In this document: piece after piece, positions 26,209 through 34,797 of the stretch | Numbering within the stretch: the stretch's first letter is position 1 | Layout: each line of letters opens with the position of its first letter | Sequence record: NC_028899.1 | Strand: one strand, 5' to 3' | Length of the DNA stretch: 64,000 nt | The notes under the pieces: generated by a model | What the model saw: the letters and a program-made list of their open reading frames with translations, nothing else | Databases searched by the model: none | What the model was told of the DNA's origin: nothing | Translations under genes and position numbers: made by a program

Positions 26209-26937
26209 TTAGTTAGGATACGATCCCGTAGTCGGGGTGAAGGCCGACGTGTATTGACACGTCTTGTAGATTCGTAGTCGGTCCAAATAGCCGTTGAAGC
26301 CAGCGTAAGTCGAACCGCCGCTGAGACGAGCGTCGTTATAGCCGGCGATGTTCAATGCGCTGCCGAAACCGACTGCGCTGGTATACGTCGTTTGTCCAGC
26401 CACTGCACCATTAACAAACAGATACAGCGTGCTACCTGAGCGACCCATCGCAAAGTGATTCCAGGAATTGTTCGTTACCGCAATACTCCCGGTAATGAAA
26501 GCGGTATCCGTGGTACCACTGGGTGTGCGCAGTGCCAGTTTCAGATTATCGAGGTGCCATCGCCACACGCCACCAGTCGCTGAATAAGAACCATACGACA
26601 GTAGGGAATTAAAACCACCGGTATAAACCGTATTGCCTTGACCCAAACAGTAACCCCAGGCTTCCATCCAGAAGTCACCAGTAAACGTCAGATCAGAAGT
26701 AAGTGGTGTCGATAGATACGCACTGGCGCCTGCCGATACCTGTTGTTGTAAAAGAGACTGCGTTCCGTTTTTGAACTGTCCGGTGTTTTGGCCAATACTG
26801 CCGCCACTACCTACCAGGTTAAAAGTCCGAGTTCCTAAAACCAGATCTTTGAATCCAGCGGTATCGAAGTCCATTGCAAGCACGAGATTGGGATCTGAGC
26901 TTGAAGCCTTCTTTTTTAAGAGCATTGAGTCTTGCAT
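26209..26937 (-). CDS. ConA/LamG-like lectin-domain virion protein
   Basis: DFWMEAW, WNHFAMGRSGSTLYLFVNG, FNGYLDRLRIY, YTSAFTP. Confidence 0.8.
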   Translation of the reverse strand: MQDSMLLKKKASSSDPNLVLAMDFDTAGFKDLVLGTRTFNLVGSGGSIGQNTGQFKNGTQSLLQQQVSAGASAYLSTPLTSDLTFTGDFWMEAWGYCLGQGNTVYTGGFNSLLSYGSYSATGGVWRWHLDNLKLALRTPSGTTDTAFITGSIAVTNNSWNHFAMGRSGSTLYLFVNGAVAGQTTYTSAVGFGSALNIAGYNDARLSGGSTYAGFNGYLDRLRIYKTCQYTSAFTPTTGSYPN

Positions 26938-26995
26938 GGTATTCTCTGGTAAATGATCATAAAATCTTGTGACTTTAACGCATTAAGGATTAGCC

Positions 26996-27658
26996 ATGCA
27001 GGCAGCAATGCTCCTCAATAAAAAGAAGCAAAATGGGAATACGGTCTTACTGATGCATTTTGATGGAACAGAAGGTGGGACTGTATTTACCGATGCCGCT
27101 AAGCCTTCTCGGACATTTACGCCGACTGGTGCTACCACCACGGCTGCCCAAACGAAGTTTGGAGGAACGTCTCTCTATATCGACGGCCTGGCTGGCAGCC
27201 GGCTCTTGACGCCAGATTCGACTGAACTCAAACTCATGACCGAATGGACTATTGAGTTCTGGACGTATCAATTGACCATTGGTTCGAATACGTGGCTCTA
27301 TGGTAAGAACACGTCTGGTTCTGCTTCGTGCCTGAAGACATATAACGGCACGCTCTACATGGAACCGGATAATGGCGCCCAACTCACGGTCGCCACAAGT
27401 GTTATGAAAGCGAACCAATGGCAACATTACGCCATGGTTAACCATAGTGGCTGGTGGTATCTGTATATCGACGGGGTTCAGCAAATCGCGGCGGCAAATG
27501 CTTCTTCGATGGGCAATAACGTTGCTTCGTTGGTGCTCGGCGGCTCGGCTTTTGATACGTCCACCTCGAAAGGTTACTACCAGGAATTTCGAATTTCGAA
27601 AGTTGCTCGATATCTTTCGGCCTTCACTCCTCCCGCATCTCGATTTACATTGGACTAA
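26996..27658 (+). CDS. ConA/LamG-like lectin-domain virion protein
   Basis: LLMHFDG, EWTIEFW, WQHYAMV..SG.WYLYIDG, GYYQEFRISKVARY..AFTPP. Confidence 0.82.
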   Translation: MQAAMLLNKKKQNGNTVLLMHFDGTEGGTVFTDAAKPSRTFTPTGATTTAAQTKFGGTSLYIDGLAGSRLLTPDSTELKLMTEWTIEFWTYQLTIGSNTWLYGKNTSGSASCLKTYNGTLYMEPDNGAQLTVATSVMKANQWQHYAMVNHSGWWYLYIDGVQQIAAANASSMGNNVASLVLGGSAFDTSTSKGYYQEFRISKVARYLSAFTPPASRFTLD

Positions 27659-27753
27659 TCGAATACCAGCGGCGAATGGACGAACTTCACTGCACCTGGA
27701 CCGTCCAATACGGTCGACTAAACGATAATTTGTAACACACTACGGAGAAGAAC

Positions 27754-28548
27754 ATGAATTACGATCCGATTTACACCGCGGGGATTCAAAAGGCGATCAA
27801 CGAAAAGGCCGGCCAGAATCTCAAGCCGGATGGTCAGTTCGGCCCGATGTCGGTAGCAGCGTTGCGCACCTGCCAGGCAAAGCTGGGTTGCCCTGTCACC
27901 GGCGTTTACGACGCAGCGACTTCCGCTCTGCTCGATCCGTTCATCAAACAGAAGTATCTGACGATGGCGTCGTTCGAACAAGCTGCGCAAGCACTTGGCG
28001 TGACGCCCGCACACATTCGTACCGTGTGTGATGTGGAAGCACAAGGTGCAGGTTTCCTGCCCGACGGTCGCGTGAAGATTCTCTTCGAGCGTCACTGGTT
28101 CCGCTCGTCACTCATCGCCCGCAAGGTCCCGAACTTCCAGCAACTGGCTGCTGCCAACCCCGACATCATCGGTGATCAAGGTGGTTACGTCGGCGGCGCT
28201 GGAGAATATCCGCGTCTGGCACGGGCAATCAAGATCGACCCGTACTCCGCGTACTACTCGGCTTCCTATGGTCTTTTTCAGATCATGGGCTTCAACTGCT
28301 CGTACGCAGGCTACGCTCAGCCGGTGGATTTGTACAACGCCTGTCAGCTGTCGGAAACGAACCAGCTGCTTGCGTTCGTCAGCTTCATCAAGAACTACCG
28401 CAACGGTGTTCTCTGGCGCGCGCTTAAGGCTCAGGACTGGGTGACGTTCGCTCTGAACTACAACGGTCCGGCCTACAAGCAAAACCAGTACGACACGAAG
28501 CTCGCCAACAGCTTTGCAAAGTACACCAAAAACATTCTCGCTTTCTAA
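27754..28548 (+). CDS. Modular endolysin: peptidoglycan-binding domain plus N-acetylmuramidase (DUF3380-type)
   Basis: PDGQFGP.S.AAL...Q..LG..VTG.YD; then VEAQG.GF, KILFERHWF, ASYGLFQIMGFN, FA.NYNGP.Y..N.YD.KL. Confidence 0.9.
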   Translation: MNYDPIYTAGIQKAINEKAGQNLKPDGQFGPMSVAALRTCQAKLGCPVTGVYDAATSALLDPFIKQKYLTMASFEQAAQALGVTPAHIRTVCDVEAQGAGFLPDGRVKILFERHWFRSSLIARKVPNFQQLAAANPDIIGDQGGYVGGAGEYPRLARAIKIDPYSAYYSASYGLFQIMGFNCSYAGYAQPVDLYNACQLSETNQLLAFVSFIKNYRNGVLWRALKAQDWVTFALNYNGPAYKQNQYDTKLANSFAKYTKNILAF

Positions 28549-28560
28549 GCGGACATACTC

Positions 28561-28592
28561 CCATACTCCTACCCTTGCGGGTAGGAGTATGG
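28561..28592. terminator. Hairpin between convergent genes, 14-bp stem, TTGC loop (GCAA on minus strand)
   Basis: CCATACTCCTACCC-TTGC-GGGTAGGAGTATGG. Confidence 0.72.
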
Positions 28593-28603
28593 AGAGTCTT
28601 TCG

Positions 28604-28882
28604 TTAAAACGGCAGGGTGCTTGACAGACGAACCATTACGCCACTGGTTTCGTCAAAGCGAAGATCGCCTCTACGCATCACGCCAGCATTGGGCTGGCAG
28701 AACTCGATGATTTTACCGTCGGCCATTTTCACGTCGTAATACGACTTGATATAACCATTGCCGTCCCAGGGACGCCAATCGAAATAATCGTAACGGTGCT
28801 TGAACCGTCCGCTTTCTTCAAACGAACGGATCTTTTCATCATCGAAGGCTTTCTTCGCGTCGTCAGGTTTCAGAAAGGACAT
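28604..28882 (-). CDS. Hypothetical protein, 92 aa
   Basis: ATG start overlapping an upstream TAA (TAATG); ends next to the hairpin. Confidence 0.65.
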   Translation of the reverse strand: MSFLKPDDAKKAFDDEKIRSFEESGRFKHRYDYFDWRPWDGNGYIKSYYDVKMADGKIIEFCQPNAGVMRRGDLRFDETSGVMVRLSSTLPF

Positions 28883-29047
28883 TACCGGGCGAACTGGGAA
28901 GTCCGAATCTGAGCGAGGGACATCTGCAAGATGGAACGACCTTGCGATGCAACGTGACCACGAGAGATGGCGACCAATTCCTGCGTCATCATCTCCAGAG
29001 TCCGCTGGATCATGAAGGCGTCGTGCTGGCGAATGATTTCCTTCGCC

Positions 29048-29992
29048 TTAGCCCTCGTTACCCCCTTTTCCTGCATTGTCATCTTGATCAGGGTTTCCGT
29101 CGTCGGTCGCCCCGGCGCCTTCTTTACCCGATCCGTCGCCGCCTTGATCATCTCCGGCGTTGGGCGGATTGTCGTCTGCTCCGCCAGCGTCGTCACTTGC
29201 GCCAGTGCCTGCTGCTCCGGCGTTATCGTCGTCGGTTCCACCATTGGCTCCGTTGTCGTTTTGCTTGTTCTCACCGTCTTCATCGGTCGCACCCGCGCCG
29301 CCGGTGTCGCCGTAGTCGACGAGAGGTTGGTTGGTGTTCGGCGTGAGGAACATCGTCTCGTACATCTGCTTGATCTTCTCTTCGGCTTCCGGAGTTTGAA
29401 GACCTTCGGAGCCGTCGAGCATTTCGACGAATTCCATCGGCAATGCCGGCAGTTCCTTGCCACGCGGCCACTTTTCCAGGTCGATCTTGACCCAGTCGTG
29501 ATACATCTCGCCCGGCTTCGGGAAGCAATCGACTTCCCAGTTCAGATCGCTACCTTCGATCGGGAAGATGTAGCGGTCCTTCAGCATGCCGGCGTCGCCG
29601 AAATACTTGAAGATGTTGAACTGGTCGAGCGAAGATTGTTCGGGCGTTTCAGCGCAGCTGCCGCGCATACCGATGTCCAGCTTTGTCGTGAGAACGTACG
29701 AAACAGCAGCACCCGGTTCACGCAGGTTGGTTGACTTGCGAACACGAATCGAGCCGGATCCAGCGTTCTTGTCGGTCTTCGGAATCTTGACCGACCACTG
29801 CTCCTGGCGTTCTGCGCCAGCTGCACGTTCGAGCCAGCCGAAGTCTTTAACGCGCACGTACAACACGCGTTCGATTTCAGCCGATGTACGACCGGACGCG
29901 TCGTCCGCTTCGTTCGAGATCTGGCCTTTGAGATGCTTGATCTCGACAGCCTGGAACGATTCGGCGATCAGGGTTCTGGGTCCGAAACTCAT
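29048..29992 (-). CDS. CYTH/triphosphate tunnel metalloenzyme-like protein with acidic D/G/N tail
   Basis: EIERVL (ExE motif), RVRK, YVLTTK, KDRYIF, WEVDCF, KIDLE; AGGAG RBS. Confidence 0.6.
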   Translation of the reverse strand: MSFGPRTLIAESFQAVEIKHLKGQISNEADDASGRTSAEIERVLYVRVKDFGWLERAAGAERQEQWSVKIPKTDKNAGSGSIRVRKSTNLREPGAAVSYVLTTKLDIGMRGSCAETPEQSSLDQFNIFKYFGDAGMLKDRYIFPIEGSDLNWEVDCFPKPGEMYHDWVKIDLEKWPRGKELPALPMEFVEMLDGSEGLQTPEAEEKIKQMYETMFLTPNTNQPLVDYGDTGGAGATDEDGENKQNDNGANGGTDDDNAGAAGTGASDDAGGADDNPPNAGDDQGGDGSGKEGAGATDDGNPDQDDNAGKGGNEG

Positions 29993-30007
29993 ATGTTTGC
30001 TCCTTGC

Positions 30008-30328
30008 TTAACCAGGCAGGAAGATCTTCACCATTTCGATGATACCGTCGATGAATTTCTCCAGCAGCTTGGTTTCAGGTAAAGGTTTTCCGAGGATGAA
30101 TGAAAGAAAATAGGTGAAGAAGATGAGAAAGAGAAGAACGATCAGCGCCGTCACGGCTTTACGCACGAACGGGTTCTTCAGACGCTCTTTCATTTCCTCA
30201 TCCTCTCGGTCAATGTCGAGAGCATTCTCGACGCGATCCAGAAGATCATCGGTGGAGCTATGCTCTTTTCCCTTGGGTTCTTCTGCCATGGTAGCCTTGA
30301 CTACCGGTTCAGTTGCTTGCGCTTCCAT
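30008..30328 (-). CDS. Small membrane protein (holin candidate)
   Basis: Acidic N-terminus, one strong TM segment (AVTALIVLLFLIFFTYFLSFIL), amphipathic C-helix; directly downstream of the spanin pair. Confidence 0.5.
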   Translation of the reverse strand: MEAQATEPVVKATMAEEPKGKEHSSTDDLLDRVENALDIDREDEEMKERLKNPFVRKAVTALIVLLFLIFFTYFLSFILGKPLPETKLLEKFIDGIIEMVKIFLPG

Positions 30329-30647
30329 CGGTCTGCGCCTTCTTGTTCAGCTCGTCGACCTTTTTGACGACGTCAGCCTTCCATTGTCGCAGACCTGCTT
30401 TGTCGGCGTGTTCCTTACCGATCACGTTCAGGAGATCCGTGGTGTATTGCGTCCACATGTCTTCCTTGGCGTCGCAAGACAGCTTGCTGTATTCCACCGA
30501 CGTGTAAGGCGGGGGAGGAGCCGAGTTGTCCTGAAGCAGGTTATCGTTGGGGGTCATGATCGCATATTTGTCGCGGTACTGAACTGTCGAACAGCCGCTC
30601 AAGCTGATCGCTGCGATCGTCGCAATCAGCAAAATCTTCTTCTTCAT
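30309..30647 (-). CDS. Outer-membrane lipoprotein, putative o-spanin
   Basis: MKKKILLIATIAAISLSG-C lipobox; Pro-rich stretch (APPPP). Confidence 0.75.
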   Translation of the reverse strand: MKKKILLIATIAAISLSGCSTVQYRDKYAIMTPNDNLLQDNSAPPPPYTSVEYSKLSCDAKEDMWTQYTTDLLNVIGKEHADKAGLRQWKADVVKKVDELNKKAQTDGSASN

Positions 30648-31141
30648 TTTTGAGGTCCCTCGCCTTGTGCTTCACTCGCAGCAGACGCGCCTTGGGCGAC
30701 AGCCGCTCTTGCTTTGCATTGGTCATTGGAAGGCTCCACGTTGCAGTACGTATCCCACACGCTATCCATGCGGGCCACGGCGAGTTGCTCGGTCTGTTGG
30801 ACCGGATCTTTCACCGTCTGCTTGATCGTAGTTTCCTTCTTCTGCAACACATTGCGAACGACCACAGCTGAAGCTGCCAGATCGTCTTTCTTTTCGGTAG
30901 CGGTCGTTTGAGCCGCTTCGTTGGCTTTTGCGCCAGTATCGGCCACGACGAGATTCTGCTTCTCTTCGTGAACCTGTTCTTTCTGGACAGCGATGACCTG
31001 CTGGTCCTTGATGTGTAGCTTGAACAGGTAATACGCACCTGCACAGATGAGGATCACCACCCCGATGATCGCTCCATAGACAGCCCACTTCACCCCTTTG
31101 ACAGCAGGCACGGCGTCTTCGACTGCTTCTTCAATTCCCAT
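30644..31141 (-). CDS. Putative i-spanin
   Basis: N-terminal TM (WAVYGAIIGVVILICAGAYYLF) followed by coiled coil; ATGA overlap with the lipoprotein gene. Confidence 0.7.
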   Translation of the reverse strand: MGIEEAVEDAVPAVKGVKWAVYGAIIGVVILICAGAYYLFKLHIKDQQVIAVQKEQVHEEKQNLVVADTGAKANEAAQTTATEKKDDLAASAVVVRNVLQKKETTIKQTVKDPVQQTEQLAVARMDSVWDTYCNVEPSNDQCKARAAVAQGASAASEAQGEGPQK

Positions 31142-31712
31142 GATTGAGCTCTCTTTGTAAGGAACAATACGTGACGGCAAGCGAGTCGACCGCATTGTTA
31201 TCCATGGCGTCTATATCACCTACCAGAACATCCATGATCTCAGGTATTTTTTTAATTGCTTCAGTCATGGCGTGTTTATCACCGCTATTACCCTTGACGC
31301 CAACAGCGTTCTTGATGCTCGAAGGATCGATCTTCTCCAAGCTCATGTAAGGGTTATAAGCATGAACTTCCTGTTCCGTCATATACAGACACTCCGCAAG
31401 CGGAATGACTGCCCCTGGTCTCTTCGGGTTAATAAACGGATGTTCGGAAGCGATGGCCATTGGTCTCTCTTTTTTAAAGAGATCGCGCAGGAACATCTTA
31501 AACGCCTGAAGCTTCAGAAAGCGCAGGTTCTGGTATTGGAAGTGAGGGTTGCGTTTGGCGATCTTTTCCAGATTCAGACAGACCGCAGTAGCGCGAACGA
31601 TTTTCTTCTCGGGAACGTCATAGTGGATAAGACCAACCCCGGGAAACGATGTCCCGGGGTCGATGCCTACAAACTTGACAATACCATCCCCATCATGCGG
31701 GATGTGAAGCAT
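31131..31712 (-). CDS. ruvC: RuvC-like Holliday junction resolvase
   Basis: VGIDPG, ASEHP, IKNAVG.KG...KHAM, AVDSLAV. The exact start is uncertain. Confidence 0.85.
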   Translation of the reverse strand: MLHIPHDGDGIVKFVGIDPGTSFPGVGLIHYDVPEKKIVRATAVCLNLEKIAKRNPHFQYQNLRFLKLQAFKMFLRDLFKKERPMAIASEHPFINPKRPGAVIPLAECLYMTEQEVHAYNPYMSLEKIDPSSIKNAVGVKGNSGDKHAMTEAIKKIPEIMDVLVGDIDAMDNNAVDSLAVTYCSLQRELNHGN

Positions 31713-31717
31713 GAAGC

Positions 31718-32572
31718 TTACGCGTTGACGCCTTCCAGCTGGAAGAGCGGCTCGCTGATACCCAGTTCCAGGTTGTCTGCGAGCGATTGGTTGATGTAGT
31801 CGAGCGGATACATCGCCTGAACGAACGATGCGATCTGCACACCGACTGCTTCCGTGAACGGGAAGGTGCCCGTTTGCGACTGGGCTTGGATGACCTGATC
31901 AGCGCCGGTACACAGAGCCAGTTCCGATACGATCGCGCGATCTGCACGCTGGGTGATGATCTGCGATGCTGCGCGGATTTCCGAGATGTCGAAGTCGTCC
32001 AACGGCAACGAGATGATCGTCGACGCCAGTACCGAGTAGCCCGCCAGCAGGTTCGTGCCGCTTTCGGTCAGATCCGTCGGAGTCGGGTTCAGCGTCGATT
32101 CGTCCGGCACCACATCGGTCACCGTGGACGAGCCGTCGTCGAGCGTCTGCTTCAGGAACAGGTCGGTGTCGGCTTGCGAGAAGTCCACCCGCTTGAGCCA
32201 GTAAGCCCAGTAGGGCGTACCGTTGTACTCGACTTGCTGACGCAGCGCGTAGCGCGAACGGCGTTCGGCCGGCAGATCGTTGTCGAGCAGACGCAGCGAG
32301 AACGGCATGTGGTTGAACAACGCACCGTCGTTCGACTTGTGTTGGAGGATCGTCGGGTACGTTTGGCCGTCGGCGCCCGTGCTCATGCCCAAACCACCAC
32401 GGCCGAGAGCGATGTAGCCGAGCTTGGTATAGGCACCAGCGCCGGGGTATTGCTGCGGCAAGACATTGAACTTCTCGTTCAGCGTCGTGTAGCGCAGCCA
32501 TTTGTAAGCTGCGCCTCGGACCATTGCGGATTGCAGTGCCGAAAACCACAGCGTGCGGGTAACGTGTTCCAT
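31718..32572 (-). CDS. Hypothetical protein, 284 aa, probable virion structural protein
   Basis: Strong codon bias; co-oriented with the 733-aa structural gene. Confidence 0.7.
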   Translation of the reverse strand: MEHVTRTLWFSALQSAMVRGAAYKWLRYTTLNEKFNVLPQQYPGAGAYTKLGYIALGRGGLGMSTGADGQTYPTILQHKSNDGALFNHMPFSLRLLDNDLPAERRSRYALRQQVEYNGTPYWAYWLKRVDFSQADTDLFLKQTLDDGSSTVTDVVPDESTLNPTPTDLTESGTNLLAGYSVLASTIISLPLDDFDISEIRAASQIITQRADRAIVSELALCTGADQVIQAQSQTGTFPFTEAVGVQIASFVQAMYPLDYINQSLADNLELGISEPLFQLEGVNA

Positions 32573-32595
32573 GAGTGACCTGTCAAAGGGTTAGG

Positions 32596-34797
32596 TTACG
32601 ATTCAAACAATGAGGTTTTTTGATCATCGGTCAGGACCATGTAATAGTCCATACCGAGAACCGGTTGAAGCGGTGTGCCAGATGTGTCCGGCGGATTGAC
32701 GAGGGAAAATTCGATCCGGCTCAAGTTGTAATGATGCTTGAAGATCATCCCGCGCGTAGGTTCGTGAGGACCGTTTTGCAGATCCATGTAGATGTAGCCT
32801 CGACCACTCACCTTATGCGAAAGCACTTCGCTAAAGATGTTGATCGCAAAGCTGTCCTGGTTGACGGCAGTGACTTCCTGGTCGAGCACTTCCACAGCGC
32901 CAATGCGCATGTATTCGTGACCCTCGGCCGAAATCTGCTGATCGCCCACACGCACGCTGGGCATGTCAGTCATGATGGTTTCATCGTCTGCCATTTGCGT
33001 CACCACTTGGATGGTGTAGCTGGACAAATCCATCAAAGCCGAAGCCATTGCTTTCTGGATATTCCTCAGACTCGGGGAAGTCACAAGTGTCTGACCCAAA
33101 GCGCCGGCTACCAGATTCGCGTAAAGCGTGTCGAATTCATCTCGACTCAGGGTATCGAAGTTCAAGTTAAGGCCGAGTAGCCATTCCTTGTAAGTCGTCC
33201 CCTCAGGCTGCAATCGAACATACGCGTCGCCGTAAAAGCGTTCCACGTACTTATAGACTTCTGCCCGATCCTGCATACCTTCCTGATACGCCACGAGGTT
33301 GCGTTGGAAGTTTGCGGATTTGTGGATGGTTTTCGTTGCAGTGTAAAACGCATCGATCGAAATCATCGGTTGCGCTTCCACTACAAATGTCTTGGCGGTA
33401 TTCCAGGAGAAGGAATCGACGTAATTCATGTCGACACCCTTTTTCAAGTCAGCATCCGCTGGAATCGGATAACGCTGCACCCGCTGAGCGCCCAGCAACG
33501 GAATCACTTCCGGATCGACATTGAACGACTTGTACATAGCGTAGGTCGCCAGAATGTAGGCGTCCTTAACCGAGAGCACAATGCGTTCGGAAGTCTTGGG
33601 GTTCTCGACATTTACGATCGCCGAATACAAGCCCTTGGAAGCGTAATACAGCCAGTGCGCCACCTGAACATCTTCGAGCTTATACGTAAGTGCCCCAGTG
33701 TAATCGACCATCGCTGATTCCAGGAGCTTCGTCTGTACCACATTGGACGGGCTATCCTTGAGGAACTGCGTGATGTCAGGAGTGGAGTAAGCGATCTCAT
33801 CGCTGTTCTCCGGTGCCGAAGGAACTTCCTTGGCAAGGAATGTCGGAGTGTCGATGTATTCCGGAGCACCAGCAGATGGAATTGACGTGGTGTCTGTCCG
33901 TTTGAAAGTGATATCGGCATAAACATTCTCCGTCACATTGGTGGTATCGTGACGCATTGTGTAATCTGCCAGCGGCATGTTGCGCTTGGTCAGCAATGCG
34001 TCGACCAGTTTGTCGAGCGTGTCGTTGGCACCCGGATGCCTTTGGTAATACAGGATGTTCCGGTAGAAGTGCATCGACTGCTCCAACGTCATGAACTGGT
34101 AGTACTGACCCAGGTTCGAGTTGGAAGCCAGATATTGCTCGACGTAGAAGCTGTGGGCTTCGATCGTCTTGTGGCGTTTCAAGCGTTCCGTCAGGATCAG
34201 CGGTACGAGGTTCATGTAGTACATCGACAACACGACACCATAGTACAAACTGTCCGAAATCGTATACTGTTCGTTGTAATAACGCTTGAAATAGATGGTT
34301 GTCCAGTCCTGCAAAGAGTTCACGAGCGTGTACTCGTTGGACTCAATTGCATTCACCGGGTAGCCCAGTATTGTATGGTCAGGGGCGGCTATTGCAGTCG
34401 CCTTATCAACCGGATAGAGTATCCCGAGAATGACATCTTCCTGAGTAGGATACTTGGCGAGCAACTCGCCATATTGCCGCGTACCGAACTGGTAATCGCG
34501 CGCCGTGTTCTTGTGAATCAGGAGGTTTGCCGGAGTAAAGTCGATCACTTCCAGGTTATCGGAAGAGATGACTTGCATCACGGTGTCTGTCGGATGGTAT
34601 TCACCAGCCAGATTCATGTAGTACTTCCATGTTTCCGGCTTATCCGCGTCTGTTTCGTATTCTTGGAATTGGAGTAGTCTGTCGTTCACGCGCTGTGCAA
34701 CATACTCGGACTTGATGATCAGCGTCTGAGCCAGTTTAAGCACGCTATTGAGATAGACCTGAAATGAATTATCGCTCACGGTAGGTATCCATGTCAT
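32596..34797 (-). CDS. Large virion structural protein, 733 aa (probable baseplate/neck component)
   Basis: TWKYYMNLAGEYH-type N-domain; divergent from the putative portal as in remembered phiKZ-like synteny. Could start at GTG 34779. Confidence 0.65.
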   Translation of the reverse strand: MTWIPTVSDNSFQVYLNSVLKLAQTLIIKSEYVAQRVNDRLLQFQEYETDADKPETWKYYMNLAGEYHPTDTVMQVISSDNLEVIDFTPANLLIHKNTARDYQFGTRQYGELLAKYPTQEDVILGILYPVDKATAIAAPDHTILGYPVNAIESNEYTLVNSLQDWTTIYFKRYYNEQYTISDSLYYGVVLSMYYMNLVPLILTERLKRHKTIEAHSFYVEQYLASNSNLGQYYQFMTLEQSMHFYRNILYYQRHPGANDTLDKLVDALLTKRNMPLADYTMRHDTTNVTENVYADITFKRTDTTSIPSAGAPEYIDTPTFLAKEVPSAPENSDEIAYSTPDITQFLKDSPSNVVQTKLLESAMVDYTGALTYKLEDVQVAHWLYYASKGLYSAIVNVENPKTSERIVLSVKDAYILATYAMYKSFNVDPEVIPLLGAQRVQRYPIPADADLKKGVDMNYVDSFSWNTAKTFVVEAQPMISIDAFYTATKTIHKSANFQRNLVAYQEGMQDRAEVYKYVERFYGDAYVRLQPEGTTYKEWLLGLNLNFDTLSRDEFDTLYANLVAGALGQTLVTSPSLRNIQKAMASALMDLSSYTIQVVTQMADDETIMTDMPSVRVGDQQISAEGHEYMRIGAVEVLDQEVTAVNQDSFAINIFSEVLSHKVSGRGYIYMDLQNGPHEPTRGMIFKHHYNLSRIEFSLVNPPDTSGTPLQPVLGMDYYMVLTDDQKTSLFES

